From Eledone cirrhosa (Eukaryota), in assembly GCA_964016885.1 (NCBI GenBank), contig OZ024746.1, positions 13,578,001-13,642,000 of the forward strand: DNA of 64,000 nucleotides. The letters run 5' to 3'. A program made the translations under genes and the position numbers. This document shows positions 1-21,689 of this stretch, piece after piece (within the stretch, counting starts at the first letter, position 1; every line of letters begins with the position of its first letter). The notes beneath the pieces were generated by a model. The model was not told the origin of the DNA. It was given only the letters and a program-made list of their open reading frames with translations, and made no database searches.

Positions 1-7744
<7,744 letters not shown>

Positions 7745-7941
7745 TATGTACACGTACATACATATATGTATACAGACGAACAGTAGTATGTATATATACA
7801 TACATGCACACATATATATATGTACGTATGGATTCATCGAACATATATTATAATGCTCGGTGTGTTTGTAAACAAACATCCCGTATTAAGCCGTAGTGTG
7901 GAAAAACCATCGTTGCTCGTTTGTTCAACACTGACAAAGGA

Positions 7942-7984
7942 ACGCTGTACTAGTTTCAAGCTTATTAGCTATCGTCAGCAACGT
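7942..7984 (-). ncRNA. Type I minimal hammerhead ribozyme motif (Penelope-like element type)
   Basis: Minus strand reads ACGUUG-CUGACGA-U AGC UAAUAA GCU U-GAAA-CUAG-UA^-CAGCGU: 6-bp stem I, intact core, palindromic ACUAGU stem III; stem I extends imperfectly to 7923/8009. Confidence 0.85.
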
Positions 7985-8488
7985 ATACCTTCCTGCCAGA
8001 TTGTTGAACGTATATACTTACCTCATGCATATTAACGGCATATTAACGGCACCCGGCTGATTAACCCACTCGATATGCAAATTGGGCTACTCAGCCGTTA
8101 ATATTCTTTTTTCCAAATACCACTTTGGAAGAAGAATCAGGATGGAGAGAGAGGTGCTGTACCCCAGCTAGTTTTATGAAAGGTGGGTGAAAGTGGCGAG
8201 AATGGCCCAAGTGAATGGGCCTTCTCTCTATATCAGCCTGTAGGTTGAGGAAAAGGAGGAGGAGAGGAAAGGAGTACAAACTCTTCGTACTCCTGGAGAT
8301 GAGGGTTGCACATTTTTTCGGGGGTATGTGTTACCCATATAAACTGTCTCCCCCATTGGGGAAAATCAACTAAATTTTTAAATTGCATTTGTGATAACAT
8401 TTTACACGTTTTTTATTGTATGTAAATTTCCCCCTTTGTATTTGTCCCCTTCTTTTGTGCCCCTGTGGCTAATAAAGAAACATATCTA

Positions 8489-8556
<68 letters not shown>

Positions 8557-8620
8557 CATATCTCTCTCTCTGTCTCTCTCTCTATATATATAATGCACGT
8601 ATGTATATATATATATATAA

Positions 8621-8900
8621 TCATCACCGTTTTACGTCCGTTCTTCCACGCTAGCATGGGTTAGATGGGTTGTCCTGTTGTGGGCAGTGTCTGGTCGGCT
8701 GACCATGCCTTGCTCATACAGGAACTGATTTGGCTTGATTTCTACAGCTGGATGCCCTTCCTAGCACCAACCCCATTTACAGTGAGTGCTGGGTGCTTTC
8801 CCCGTGACGCCTACACGTCCACTTTACAGTGTGGGCTGGGTGCTTTTTTGCCGTGGCACCTCCACGACCACCTTGCAGTGGGGGGTGTGGGGGCATATTG
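8621..8900 (-). mobile_element. SINE/LINE 3' portion with RTE-like tail (family B)
   Basis: Near-identical to 63804-64000; shares CAGCTGGATGCCCTTCCTA and the (CAT)n tail with 58128-58479. Confidence 0.8.
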
Positions 8901-9064
8901 TCTATATGCTTCAGCTTGTACCCATGGGAGGTAGGGTACTCTGTATTACTGCGTGACGCCAGAGGTCACGGTCGTGTGTCATTGCCTTTGACAGGTATAC
9001 ATATACATATATATATATATATACATATATATATATCATCATCATCATAATGCACATATGTATA

Positions 9065-9097
<33 letters not shown>

Positions 9098-9125
9098 CAT
9101 CATCATCATAATGCACATATGTATA

Positions 9126-9158
<33 letters not shown>

Positions 9159-9269
9159 CATCATCATCATAATGCACGTATGTATATATATATATATATA
9201 TATTTATTAAAATAACAGATTAAAGTTTAAGCAAAGAATCGCTGCTTTCACCCTTATTATTATTTTATT

Positions 9270-9285
<16 letters not shown>

Positions 9286-9314
<29 letters not shown>

Positions 9315-9331
9315 GTATATATATATGTATA

Positions 9332-9372
<41 letters not shown>

Positions 9373-9373
9373 G

Positions 9374-9404
<31 letters not shown>

Positions 9405-9421
9405 GTATATATATATATATG

Positions 9422-9453
<32 letters not shown>

Positions 9454-9702
9454 TGTATATATATGTATATATATATATATGTATATATATATATGTATAT
9501 ATATGTATATATATATATATATGTATATATATGTATATATATGGATATATATATATGGATATATATGTATATGGATGTATATGTATATATATATATATGG
9601 ATATATATGTATATGTATATATATATGTATATGTATATATATGTATATGTATATATATATGTATATGTATATATATGTATATGTATATATATATGTATAT
9701 AT
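9286..9702. repeat. (TA)n/TATG microsatellite
   Basis: Direct inspection. Confidence 0.95.
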
Positions 9703-9885
9703 AATTGTTTCTACTTTAGGCACAAGGCCAGCAATAACCCAGTGCATTACTGGTACTTTATTTTATCGACCCCGTAAGGATGAAAGGCAAAGTCAACCTC
9801 GGCGGGATTTGAACTCAGATCGTAAAGGGACGTAACTATGCTGGAAAGCATGGCGTCCGACCCTCTACCGATACTGCCAATCCAT
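9703..9885 (-). mobile_element. tRNA-derived SINE (family A), young copy
   Basis: Minus strand has A box TGGCAGTATCGGTAG and B box GAGTTCAAATCCC; almost identical to 18612-18797. Confidence 0.85.
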
Positions 9886-9956
9886 CATCATCATCATCGT
9901 TTAACGTCCATGTTCCACGCTTGCATGTATATATATATATAATGCACGTATGTATG

Positions 9957-9997
<41 letters not shown>

Positions 9998-10181
9998 GTA
10001 TATATAATGTGGTTGGTGTTAGGGAGGGCATCCAGCCGTAGAAAACCCACCAGACATTCCTATACGAGCGAGACAACCAATCTTGTTTCAAGTGGGAAAA
10101 TTACCGTCCAAACCCATGCTAGCGTGGAAGATGGACGTTAAACGATGATGATGATGAAGATGATGAATGCACGTATGTATG

Positions 10182-10226
<45 letters not shown>

Positions 10227-10830
10227 ATACATCATACATATGTATATATATAAATATGTATGTATACGTACGTACGTACATACATATGTACATAAGTATA
10301 AATATAAATATATATAAATATAAATATATATATGTATGTATGTAGGGAGCTGATATGACTGTTCTCTCTTCGATTATTTCATGCACAAATATTAATCATC
10401 TTGATAGAAGCACTTAATGAGCGGCGGTGGTGGCGGCATATTGATGGAAAGCTGGGCACACAAACACCTTAATGATAAAAATAAACATGAACACAAGGCA
10501 TACTTACATGTATGTATTGCAGAGAACCCACTAGCCACACACACACACACACACACACACACTCGGAGAACGTATACATGTATATTATACAGCAACTATG
10601 AAACATTCACCAGTGATCGTACATGTATTAATGACAGACTGCTTAACCGCATACACATGCATTCACGTATGCAAATACATACGTATGCATTAGCGTTAAT
10701 GTGTCGTCAGTATACACACACACACACACATACACACACGCAGATACATTGTCGTTAGTCCACACACACACACACAGAAGCATTGTCGTCAGTGTATACA
10801 CACACACACATACACACAAACATTGTTGTC

Positions 10831-10945
<115 letters not shown>

Positions 10946-11608
10946 TCGTCAGTACTCACACACATTCTCTCACTGAATTGACACCAGTGTTGATGCGGTG
11001 GCGCACTCACACACTTGCATCGATGTGTGGGTGTATACAAATTCATCCTTATATTGCCGTTGGTTTTATATACACATTGATTTCAGTATACACAAAGGAA
11101 TTTAGTGCAGTGCCCCGGGTATTGAGAAGAGCAAGGGGTGGTGTGTCAGTCGGTAGGTCGGTTTGGGGCCCCACTTGAATTATGAGATGAACTCTCCTTG
11201 AAAAAAAAAAAAAAAAAAAAAAAATCACGGAGGCACTTTCACATACACAGCTACGGTCATACACACACACACGCGTGCTTCGACGGGAATCATCACATAC
11301 CTACCTAAAACATTGCATGATTGAGCGTGTCAGCAAAGGAGGAATTTTTGTATAAGTGTGTCGGTATATATATATATATATATATATAAATGAAAAGTAT
11401 AGAGATTATTGTAGCACGAAGCCAACAGTATTCCATAATATATAAGTGACTATAGCGTCAAAATGGAAAAATAGTTAACGTAAGATGTGGGAAAATAATT
11501 CAAACTCAATTCAAAAAGAATCAGGATATAGATTCATCCACAGAATTTGGTGAAATCCAGGGAAAAATCAATCGAGCCATAACTCAGAATAAAATAAAGT
11601 TTAAAATA

Positions 11609-11665
<57 letters not shown>

Positions 11666-11696
11666 AGATCAAAAGATGGTTAAAGGAGTTCCATTA

Positions 11697-11767
11697 TATT
11701 TTATTATGCGCATTTCAAAAACAAACATCATCATGCAATAATATTTGTGTTTTCATCAGATAAAATA
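11697..11767 (-). ncRNA. Type I hammerhead ribozyme motif in a ~170-bp Penelope-like LTR fragment between (TA)n tracts
   Basis: Minus strand: UAUUUUAU-CUGAUGA-long stem II-GAAA-UGCGCA-UA^-AUAAAAUA; perfect 8-bp stem I and palindromic stem III. Confidence 0.85.
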
Positions 11768-11830
11768 GAACATGATATGAAGGCTAAAAAACACTTGTGG
11801 ATAGTGCAGTTTTAAATCAACATATCATTA

Positions 11831-11870
<40 letters not shown>

Positions 11871-12317
11871 TAATGATTGTTGAGTGAGATGGAGTTAGTC
11901 AGAGTATCGCTTAAGGTTAATGTATTAAATATGTGTGTGTGTGTGTGTGTGCGTGTCTATACATATATGTGTGTGTGTGATGGTGTCTATATTTATGTAC
12001 CTGTGTGTGTGTATATAGGTATATAAATATATAATGCATGTTATTGAAAGGAAATTGCAACCTAGATATAGGAAATAACTTTCTAAACACGAAATATAGA
12101 TGCGTGTCTCTACTGTTAATTTATTTGCACTACCCCCATTTCAACGACCCCCGCCACCTCCATTATTAATGATATTGTGTGATTAGAGGTGACAGCTTGT
12201 TGACAAAAGATTACCAGTTTTTTTATTCAGTTGAAATCATTCTGAATATATTGATAAAATATAAAATAAATATCTTTTTTTCCCCAGTAAATATGAGCCT
12301 GTCTCAGATTAAATAAA

Positions 12318-12361
<44 letters not shown>

Positions 12362-12390
12362 TGTGTTTGTATACATTGCGCGCGCGCGTG

Positions 12391-12443
<53 letters not shown>

Positions 12444-12515
12444 TATATATACATCTATGTGTGTGTGTATACATCTATGTATATATAAATAAATGTGTGT
12501 ATATAAATAAATGTG

Positions 12516-12556
<41 letters not shown>

Positions 12557-13782
12557 CTGTGTGTGTGTGTATATATATAAATCTGTGCGTGTGTCTATAT
12601 AAATAAATAATATATCATTATTTTTATTATATAATCGATTTCCTTCATCCTTAATCATCTGATTCTGCTTTGAAAATTAAATTCGTTTGTTATATTATAA
12701 ATCCTATATTTTCTTCCCTTTCTCTCTATTTCTGTGTAATTTACGGTTTAGAAGCAAGAAATCACCGTGGCTTCAATATTTTGTAAAATAGGGGAAGAAA
12801 AAACAAAACAAAAAAAAAAACGATATTGTTTGTTGCTCATCTCCTAATGGTTACGACTATTATTTCCCTTCATGAATTTAAATAAATGAGAACTTCACCT
12901 GCTCTCATCACCAAATCATTTCTGTACATATATATGAACTGTATCGTGTCTTGGAATCGATAATAATATATATTAGTCAATTTATTACTGCGGTCCGATG
13001 CTACGACCACCTTTTTATACTTAGAATTGTTTATGTAGAAAGACAGAAATGTTAATTTGTTCTCTCCTCCCCTCACTCTCTTGCTTTCCCAACCACAAAA
13101 CTATTGGAATTTCAGACGAGCCACATAGTGGAATTAACTTTTCATTATATCTAATCACTGCTCTTTTCTTTTCTTTCTTTTTTTACCATCTTCACCTTTC
13201 ACCCCTTTTAGTGTTTGATGAAATAAGTACAGCTTTTTGTAATTTTTTGCGACCCTAAAGCGTTTATGAATTAGGCTGTCGTAAGAGAATATGTAATCTC
13301 GTGGTAAATGAATGTTAGTAGGTTTTAACTGGCCAACTCCTGGTTGTTGCTATTTACTTTGTTACTGTGGTTATTGTAAATAGAATAACCACGGTAAAAG
13401 CCGTATTTTAGTGGTCAATTTATGACGAATCGAGTTCTATTTCAGTTTTTATTTTATTTTTAAAAAGGTCTTATTTATTTCCCCTGTTATATCAGTAGGT
13501 TTAGTGGAAAAGTTAGATATTATCTGTATTTCAGGAGAGAGAAAAAGTTTATAAATTGTTTCTACATTTGGCACAAGGCCAGCAATTTGAAGGTTAGGGA
13601 AAAGTTGATAAAATACTGGTGCTTTATTTTAGGGATTCCGTAAGGGTGAAAAGGAAAAGCTAACCCCGACAGGATTTGAAATAATTATACCGATGGTCTA
13701 TGAGTGAGTGTACAAACAGAATAAAAGAGCAATCAACACATGTGGAACATGTGTGTGTGTGTGTGTGTATGTGTGTGTGTGT

Positions 13783-13823
<41 letters not shown>

Positions 13824-14379
13824 AATATATATAGTTTAATGTTAATAAATAAAAAAACAATAAATAAATAAATAAATAAACAAAGCAATATTATGAATAT
13901 TTCAGGAATTACGTACTAGAAAACGACACCCATTACCTTAAGCACGAACGCGCAATATAAATTAAGTTTATCATCAACAACAATAACGAAATATAATTTC
14001 TAAGTTCTACACAAACAAATACACTCATCACGCAAGCAGTAATAATAGTAAATAAAAATAGTGCGTGTGTTTTGATTGGCAAAATTGACCACATGACCAT
14101 CCCCAAATATAACAATAGTTTCTTTGTAAATCAATTTTCCATTTTAGTGAAACCAAGTAAAAGAATTGCGTGTGTCTGTGTGTTGTTTTCGCTTTTATAC
14201 CCAAAACCTTCCGAAGTTCCTTCTTGAATAGGCGGCGAATTGGCAGCCATTAGGGCGTCAGATTAAATGTTTCAATATCTGTTTTGACTAACTGCTCTCT
14301 GAGTTCAAATCCCGACGTGGTTGACTTTGACTTTCATCCTTTCTAGTATTGGGGTTGATCCTTTCTCTATCACGTTCAC

Positions 14380-14504
<125 letters not shown>

Positions 14505-15147
14505 GAAGAAATCGGTTGTGTTCCAACTTGGATAGGGATGGGCTCCGCCAGGTTTAAAATGCGTGCCAGAACGTCTGGAACAGTTTAATAATACTATTAC
14601 TAATATATATATATATATATATGTGGAAATAACGAATTGATTTTGAGACACTGGGAAAACTCAGTTTTTTTTAGGAGAAATTTAAAAAAGAAATCCGTTG
14701 TTTCTGGAATAAATTTCTTCTTCTCATTGGAGATATCATCTCCTATCGGGAGTTGAGGACCTTCTGCACACTCCCAATAGAAATCTCTCTTTTATTCTAA
14801 GTCATTGGATTGGCCATATCGAAGCCACGACTTCTTACCTACATAAACATGGGTCGTCATAGACTGAGTTAGTTAATCGGTGCTACTGATATGAAAAATG
14901 GGTCGGGGGAGCGTACCTCGAACACCGCAGAGTGTACTGGGTGCATTCTATCGCGACACCAGCTCTAGGGAGGTTGTCATCTCTTTGACACAACTGAAGA
15001 GTCCGACTCTTTGTTTGGCAAGTTTTCTACAACTGTCTGCCCTTCCTATCACAAACCACTTTACAGAGAGTATTGGGTGTATTTCTCGTGTAGATAACCA
15101 GCACTAGACAGGTGCCGTGCTCTTCACATAACTGAAAAGTTCTTTCC

Positions 15148-15180
<33 letters not shown>

Positions 15181-15185
15181 TATAG

Positions 15186-15371
15186 GGCGGTGGTTTGGCA
15201 GTATCGGTAGAGCGTCAGACACCATGCTTTGCAGCATAGGAGTTATGGCCCTTTTTGCTCTGAGTTGAAATCCCACCAGGTTAACTATGCATTTCATCCT
15301 TACGGGGTCGATAAAATAAAGCACCAGTAATGCATTGGGGTAATTGCTGGTCTCGTGCCAAAAGTAGAAAC
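15186..15371 (+). mobile_element. tRNA-derived SINE (family A)
   Basis: A box TGGCAGTATCGGTAG, B-box-like GAGTTGAAATCCC, body TTTCATCCTTACGGGGTCGATAAAATAAAG. Confidence 0.8.
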
Positions 15372-15734
15372 CATAGGTGGTGGTGGTGTAAGGATACCAT
15401 GTCATAGGTGCATGCTAGGTGGGGAAAGTATGTCGTGGGTAGCATACAAGTGTGATGATTGGGGGGGGGGGGTCGCCTTCGATAGCGTGTATGGTAGCGA
15501 CGGGGTGGGGAAATGTTGTGATGAGCGTGTGTGTGTAGTGGAGAGTGTAATGTGATGATGAGGGCATTATGTATATATCGATATGTGCGCACACATAATG
15601 TATATTCTACATAGTTTGTATCGATATATGACACGCACGCACACACACGACACGACACGACACCACACCACACCACTCACTCACTCACTCACTCACTCAC
15701 TCACTCACTCACTCACTGTCTCTGCCTGTCTGTC

Positions 15735-15781
<47 letters not shown>

Positions 15782-16116
15782 GCGCTATATATGTCTACAC
15801 ACAATCTATACTCTATATATTGTGTGCTGAAGAGGAGCCTGTAGCTAAGGGTTTAATATCATTGTATACTGTATATATGTCTACATCTGGAGGCACGTGG
15901 CCTAGTGGTTGGGGTTTTATGATCATGTCCTGGATTCGATTCCTGGACTTGGTTGTTTTCTGTTCTTGAGCAAAACATTTCATTTCACGTTGCTCGATGG
16001 ACTGGTGTCTTGTGTTAGGGGGCTTGTACCCTCAGTTCCTTAACGCCAAGGAAACCGTGATAAGCACCGGACTTAAAACAGACTCTAGACTTGTGTATTG
16101 TATGTATATATGTTTA

Positions 16117-16193
<77 letters not shown>

Positions 16194-16792
16194 TCGTGTG
16201 TGTCAGTTCCTGTCCTGTGATTGAGCTAGTCTAAACATTTGTGATGTGTCTTATGTTTGTAACGCAGTCCGGCAAATAGAAATAAAATTATCCGAGGCTG
16301 AAATAAGTAGTAGGATCGATATGATTGACTCAATATACTTTTGAAGGCCTGGTACTGATACGGTTTTAGTTTAATAACTGAAATGTGTAAGGGTATATTT
16401 GCTCACTGTTGGATCAATATCGGTTTCGACAAAACAATTCACTCGTGAGGTTTAAGTGCAAGTGGCTGAACATTCCACAGACATGTGTACCCTTAACTCA
16501 CTACTTAACAGAGATATTCCTCCGGGAATCGAACTCGTGACCGTAAACCGAACTCTTTAACTACTAAGCCACGCACCTTCACGCAGTTATGTGTATAAAA
16601 GAAGATATGTTCGTTTTGCCGTTGTTTTTGCCGTGTGTGCCCCCTACCCCCATTTAGTACAGTCTTAGCCACTCAGGTTTTTTGAACATCTATCTAAAAA
16701 TAGACCCTACACCGCCCTATATTTATATTCCTCTCATCTTCCTCGCCTCTACCTCCCTATCATTTTTCTTTGTCTTCGTTAAAATTATTTTT

Positions 16793-17650
16793 GTTCTATT
16801 TTCCTAGTTTTCTCCATTATGTTTTCCTTGTTTTCTCCGTTCTATTTTCCCAGTTTTCTCCGTTCTATTTTCCCAGTTTTCTCCGTTCTATTTTCCCAGT
16901 TTTCTCCGTTCTATTTTCCCAGTTTTCTCCGTTCTATTTTCCCAGTTTTCTCCGTTCTATTTTCCCAGTTTTCTCCGTTCTATTTTCCCAGTTTTCTCCG
17001 TTCTATTTTCCCAGTTTTCTCCGTTCTATTTTCCCAGTTTTCTCCTTTCTATTTTCCCAGTTTTCTCCTTTCTATTTTCCCAGTTTTCTCCGTTCTATTT
17101 TCCCCAGTTTTCTCCGTTCTATTTTCCCAGTTTTCTCTGTTCTATTTTCCCAGTTTTCTCCTTTCTATTTTCCCATTTTTCTCCTTTCTATTTTCCCATT
17201 TTTCTCCTTTCTATTTTCCCAGTTTTCTCCTTTCTATTTTCCCAGTTTTCTCCTATTTTCACAGTTTTTTCTGTTCTATTTTCCCAGTTTTCTCCGTTCT
17301 ATTTTCCCAGTTTTCTCCGTTCTATTTTCCCAGTTTTCTCCGTTCTATTTTCCCAGTTTTCTCCGTTCTATTTTCCCAGTTTTCTCCATTCTATTTTCCC
17401 AGTTTTCTCCATTCTATTTTCCCAGTTTTCTCTGTTCTATTTTCCCAGTTTTCTCTGTTCTATTTTCCCAGTTTTCTCTGTTCTATTTTCCCAGTTTTCT
17501 CTGTTCTATTTTCCCAGTTTTCTCTGTTCTATTTTCCCAGTTTTCTCCTTTCTATTTTCCCAGTTTTCTCCTTTCTATTTTCCCAGTTTTCTCCTATTTT
17601 CACAGTTTTTTCCGTTCTATTTTGCCAGTTTTCTCCGTTCTGTTTTCCCG
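16793..17650. repeat. 23-bp minisatellite (TTCTATTTTCCCAGTTTTCTCCG), roughly 37 units
   Basis: Visible tandem units; the overlapping ORFs have a 23-aa period (3 x 23 nt). Confidence 0.95.
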
Positions 17651-18137
17651 CTAAGCTACCGTCACCGCGTTTCTATATCTTCCATTTCTATTGAAGTACA
17701 TTAGTTTGTATCATTTTCTCGTCTTTGTGTAATTCGCTGAAAGGCACAACATGCCTCGTGTCTCCGTTTTGTTACTTCTCAATGTGCACTGGAATGAATA
17801 GTATCAATATTAATAGATCGAAACTATAGTGATTTCCAGAGGTTGATTGAAAAGAAGGGACTGTTCGTTTTCCCGTGTTGTCTTTGTGCTGGAGCCTCTC
17901 TCTCCTCTCCTCCCCACCTCACTCCCCACTCCCCCTCACTCCCCACTATCCCCCATCCATATCTCCCTTCGCTCCCCTTCCCCATCTCCCCCTCTATTTA
18001 TCTCCCCTTTCTCTCCCCTCATCTCCCCCTTTATTCGCGTGTAACATTTGGTCCAACAGTTTGACCACTCCAGACCAATATGTGTCCAGTTGCCGATGTG
18101 GTATTCCATCGTAGTTGATATCATTAAGAAGCAGTGT

Positions 18138-18178
<41 letters not shown>

Positions 18179-18213
18179 ACAGGAACGAAGTATCAATGTA
18201 GCATCATTAAAGA

Positions 18214-18312
18214 ATTCACAAGTCTGATGAGTTATCGATTCTAGAGTCGGACGCGACCAATACCAATCATACCTTGAGCTGATCGATTGTGAAACATGCG
18301 TCAATTGTGAAT
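18214..18312 (+). ncRNA. Type I hammerhead ribozyme motif with large loop II, Penelope-like LTR fragment next to (AAT)n
   Basis: AUUCACAAGU-CUGAUGA-GUUAUCGAUU...GAUCGAUUGU-GAAAC-AUGC-GUC^-AAUUGUGAAU; stem I 9/10 bp, GUC cleavage triplet. Confidence 0.8.
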
Positions 18313-18439
18313 AAACATAATGATGCCACAGTGATACTTCATTCCTGATCATTATATATAATAATAATGATTTCTTTCTTTCTTTATTTTTTTATTTATT
18401 TATTTATTTATTTAGTTATTTATTTATATTATATATAAT

Positions 18440-18797
18440 AATTGTTTCTACTTTTTGGCACAAGGCCAGCAATTATCCTGTGTATTACTGGTACCTTATT
18501 TTATCGACCCCATAAGGATGAAAGGCAAAGTTAACCTCGGCGGGATTTGAACTCAGAATGGCAAGGACCGTAACTCTGCTTCAAAGCATGGCGTCCGACC
18601 CTCTATATAATAATTGTTTCTATTTTAGGCACAAGGCCAGCAATTACCCAGTGCATTACTGGTACTTTATTTTATCGACCCCGTAAGGATGAAAGGCAAA
18701 GTCAACCTCGGCGGGATTTGAACTCAGATCGTAAAGGGACGTAACTATGCTGGAAAGCATGGCGTCCGACTCTCTACCGATACTGCCAATCCACCAC
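18440..18797 (-). mobile_element. Two tandem family A tRNA-SINE copies (18440-18605 and 18612-18797)
   Basis: Both match 9703-9885. Confidence 0.85.
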
Positions 18798-19161
18798 CCT
18801 CTATATAATAAAACGAAGTCATCGGAAGGACCGGTGCATCTCTCCCCCCCCCCCCCTTTTTTTTTTACACACATCCACAAACTTATAGATGTATATACAC
18901 ATGTACAACACATATATATATATATATATATATATACAAACACACACACACACATATATATATATACATATATATACACACATATACACACCCGCACAAA
19001 TATATATATTAAGAAATCCATACAATTGCGTGTGTCTGCATTATAGACATCTCGAAGTTTATACAGGACTATATATACACAAATCTATTCAGATGAGTGA
19101 GTGAGTGTACGTAACTGTCAAAAATTAGTTTCACTTTTCAGACCGGCCGTTTTGACGTATG

Positions 19162-19210
<49 letters not shown>

Positions 19211-19819
19211 ACTGAAGATCACTCCTCCCCAATTCAGATATTTGTACAATCAGTTAAATGTCTTTCCAGAGTTAGTTCACCGAGTGGCCACATGTACTAC
19301 TGTTATCGTCGAAGTTGACCCCCCCCCCCCCTACCTAGTTTACTTAATATCATTCTTAGTCAAGTTTCCAGACACATTGCAAACGAAAAAAAAAAAAAAA
19401 AAAAGAAATGTTTGCGCTTTTATATCAGTACGGACACATAACTCATAAACAACTGTTTTATCGAGCGAAATAAGTATTGTTCAGTTTCTTTACCAAAGTT
19501 TTAACAATGCTATTTTTGTGAATTGTATATATATAGGGTAGGTGGGTAGTAACGTGATAGAAAACTCATTTTAGAACAATATATAGATTCTAAATAACAT
19601 TACCAGAAATTATAGCGTTTTTGTGAGATCGCATGAGTTATTGTAGAGAGTGTTTCGGCCCTTCATATAGTTTTAGGGAGGTGTTGTAACGGTTTTAGTA
19701 TCGAAAATGTTATTAATAACGTTATGACATTAGTTATCTTTGTTAATCCGGCAAAACGGATAATTCGGCATGTGCGTGGAACCAAAAGTGCCGGGAAATC
19801 GGTGTTGTACCTTTGGCAA

Positions 19820-20092
<273 letters not shown>

Positions 20093-20156
20093 ATTACCTA
20101 TTGAGTTCGCTGAGATGCAACCGGTACCAGCAGTGAAACCCATGCTAGTCCCGTCA

Positions 20157-20193
<37 letters not shown>

Positions 20194-21001
20194 GTCGGAG
20201 GTAATATTGAATAGATTGTATGATATAATTCGCATAACTAAGGCTACAATGTATCCATCACTTTTTTTTTGCGACATTATAGCAGGCATGGGCAATCCTT
20301 TTCGAGCAATGGGCCACATATGATGTGGTGATGTGGTTCATCATAAGGTGGACCGCACTACTGAAAACAAATTCAAGGTGATTTTGAAATTAGGCGATTC
20401 ATAAAGCCAAACGGACCGCTGTTTGCTCATTAGTGTCAATTCAGATAATTTGGCTGCTTTTTGTAGCAGAGGATACTTCGTTAATTTGGCGGCAGGGATT
20501 TGCGTGTGTGCACATTTTTGTTTTAACTCAATATATCAACCTTTGATTGCACAACTAATGACAACCTTTACCTCTCTTCACAAACACGGCAACATAATTT
20601 GCACTCAGTACCACATCTTCGTTCATGTGTCCTTCCTTCCTTAAGACATTAGTTTGGTTTGAGGGAGATTTGGCTGTTTTTTTTCTTTCTTTCTGACAAA
20701 TTCCGACGACCGCGTGTTGGTTCTTTTGCTGGTTCGTGAATACACGCTCTATATGTGTTGATGTGTTCGCCTCTTCCTGCGTTGTGTGTGTGTGTGTGTG
20801 TGCGCGCGCGCGAGCTAGTTTTAGTGTGTGCATATACGTGCACTGGATTGCGTGTGTGAATATGCTTGTGCCCGTCTGTGCGCGCTCGCTCTGTATCTAA
20901 CTTATGATCTGGGCTTGTGAACTAATTTCTTTTTTCTAAATATTAAGTTTTAAAAAAAATGTAATTTTTTTTTGTTTAAATTTCTAAAATCTTTTTTTTA
21001 G

Positions 21002-21071
21002 ATGTAATTTATTTTTGTAAAAGATTATAATGTCCAAAATCGCCAGTGTGCGCCAGACAACATGCCTTGCG
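21002..21071 (+). other. Candidate alternative 5' exon of ADAR2
   Basis: Strong acceptor TTTTTTTTAG ending at 21001, donor G|GTATTT at 21072; ATG 21062 gives MPC plus a phase-1 join to 29098 (MPCDGEQ...). Confidence 0.25.
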
Positions 21072-21689
21072 GTATTTAGTCGTTTTGTATTTTGTTGAAA
21101 TTGGTTTGTTATTATTGCCTTTTAGCCCTCCCTGATTAAAATATTTAACAGTAATCTATTGTAATAAGTCTATTAACATTTATGGCCTTGTATATTAATG
21201 TTAGAAATCAACACCCTGAAACCATTAAAAATTACGCCAGTGAATGTATTAAAAACACGTCCCTTCTCAACACAACTTGTAGTATTTCCTATCTTAAAGG
21301 AAATTAAATCTTTGAATCCTTGTCTTAGTTATTATAGTTTTCTTATTTTTTAATTCATATTCAATTTGTATCGACTTTACTCCCCCCCCCCCCCCTCTAC
21401 AGCTTAACAAAAGACAAACTTCTTGTTTTTAATTTAATTTATAATTTTAGACGTTATTGTTAGTGATTGCATCGGTGAAAGTATTTCTGAATTTGTGTGT
21501 GTGTGCGCGGGCGCGCAAATCGGTCGATTTAGTTGTAGTGATTAGTTTAGCTGTTATCAAATATCAACTAATATATATAAAAAAAAAAACTTCGATATGC
21601 GATAAACATAACATTTACATAAATTGTAGCACATATACAAATAGATGTGTATTTTGGTAGTTTGGGGAGAAAAATATAAATTTTTTTCT

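Noticed and set aside
15827-15875. CTGAAGAGGAGCC...GGGTTT hammerhead-like motif
   Set aside because: The GAAA core is missing and stem I is weak; at best a dead copy
16770-17694. 294-aa Phe-rich ORFs
   Set aside because: Product of the 23-bp minisatellite, open in several frames
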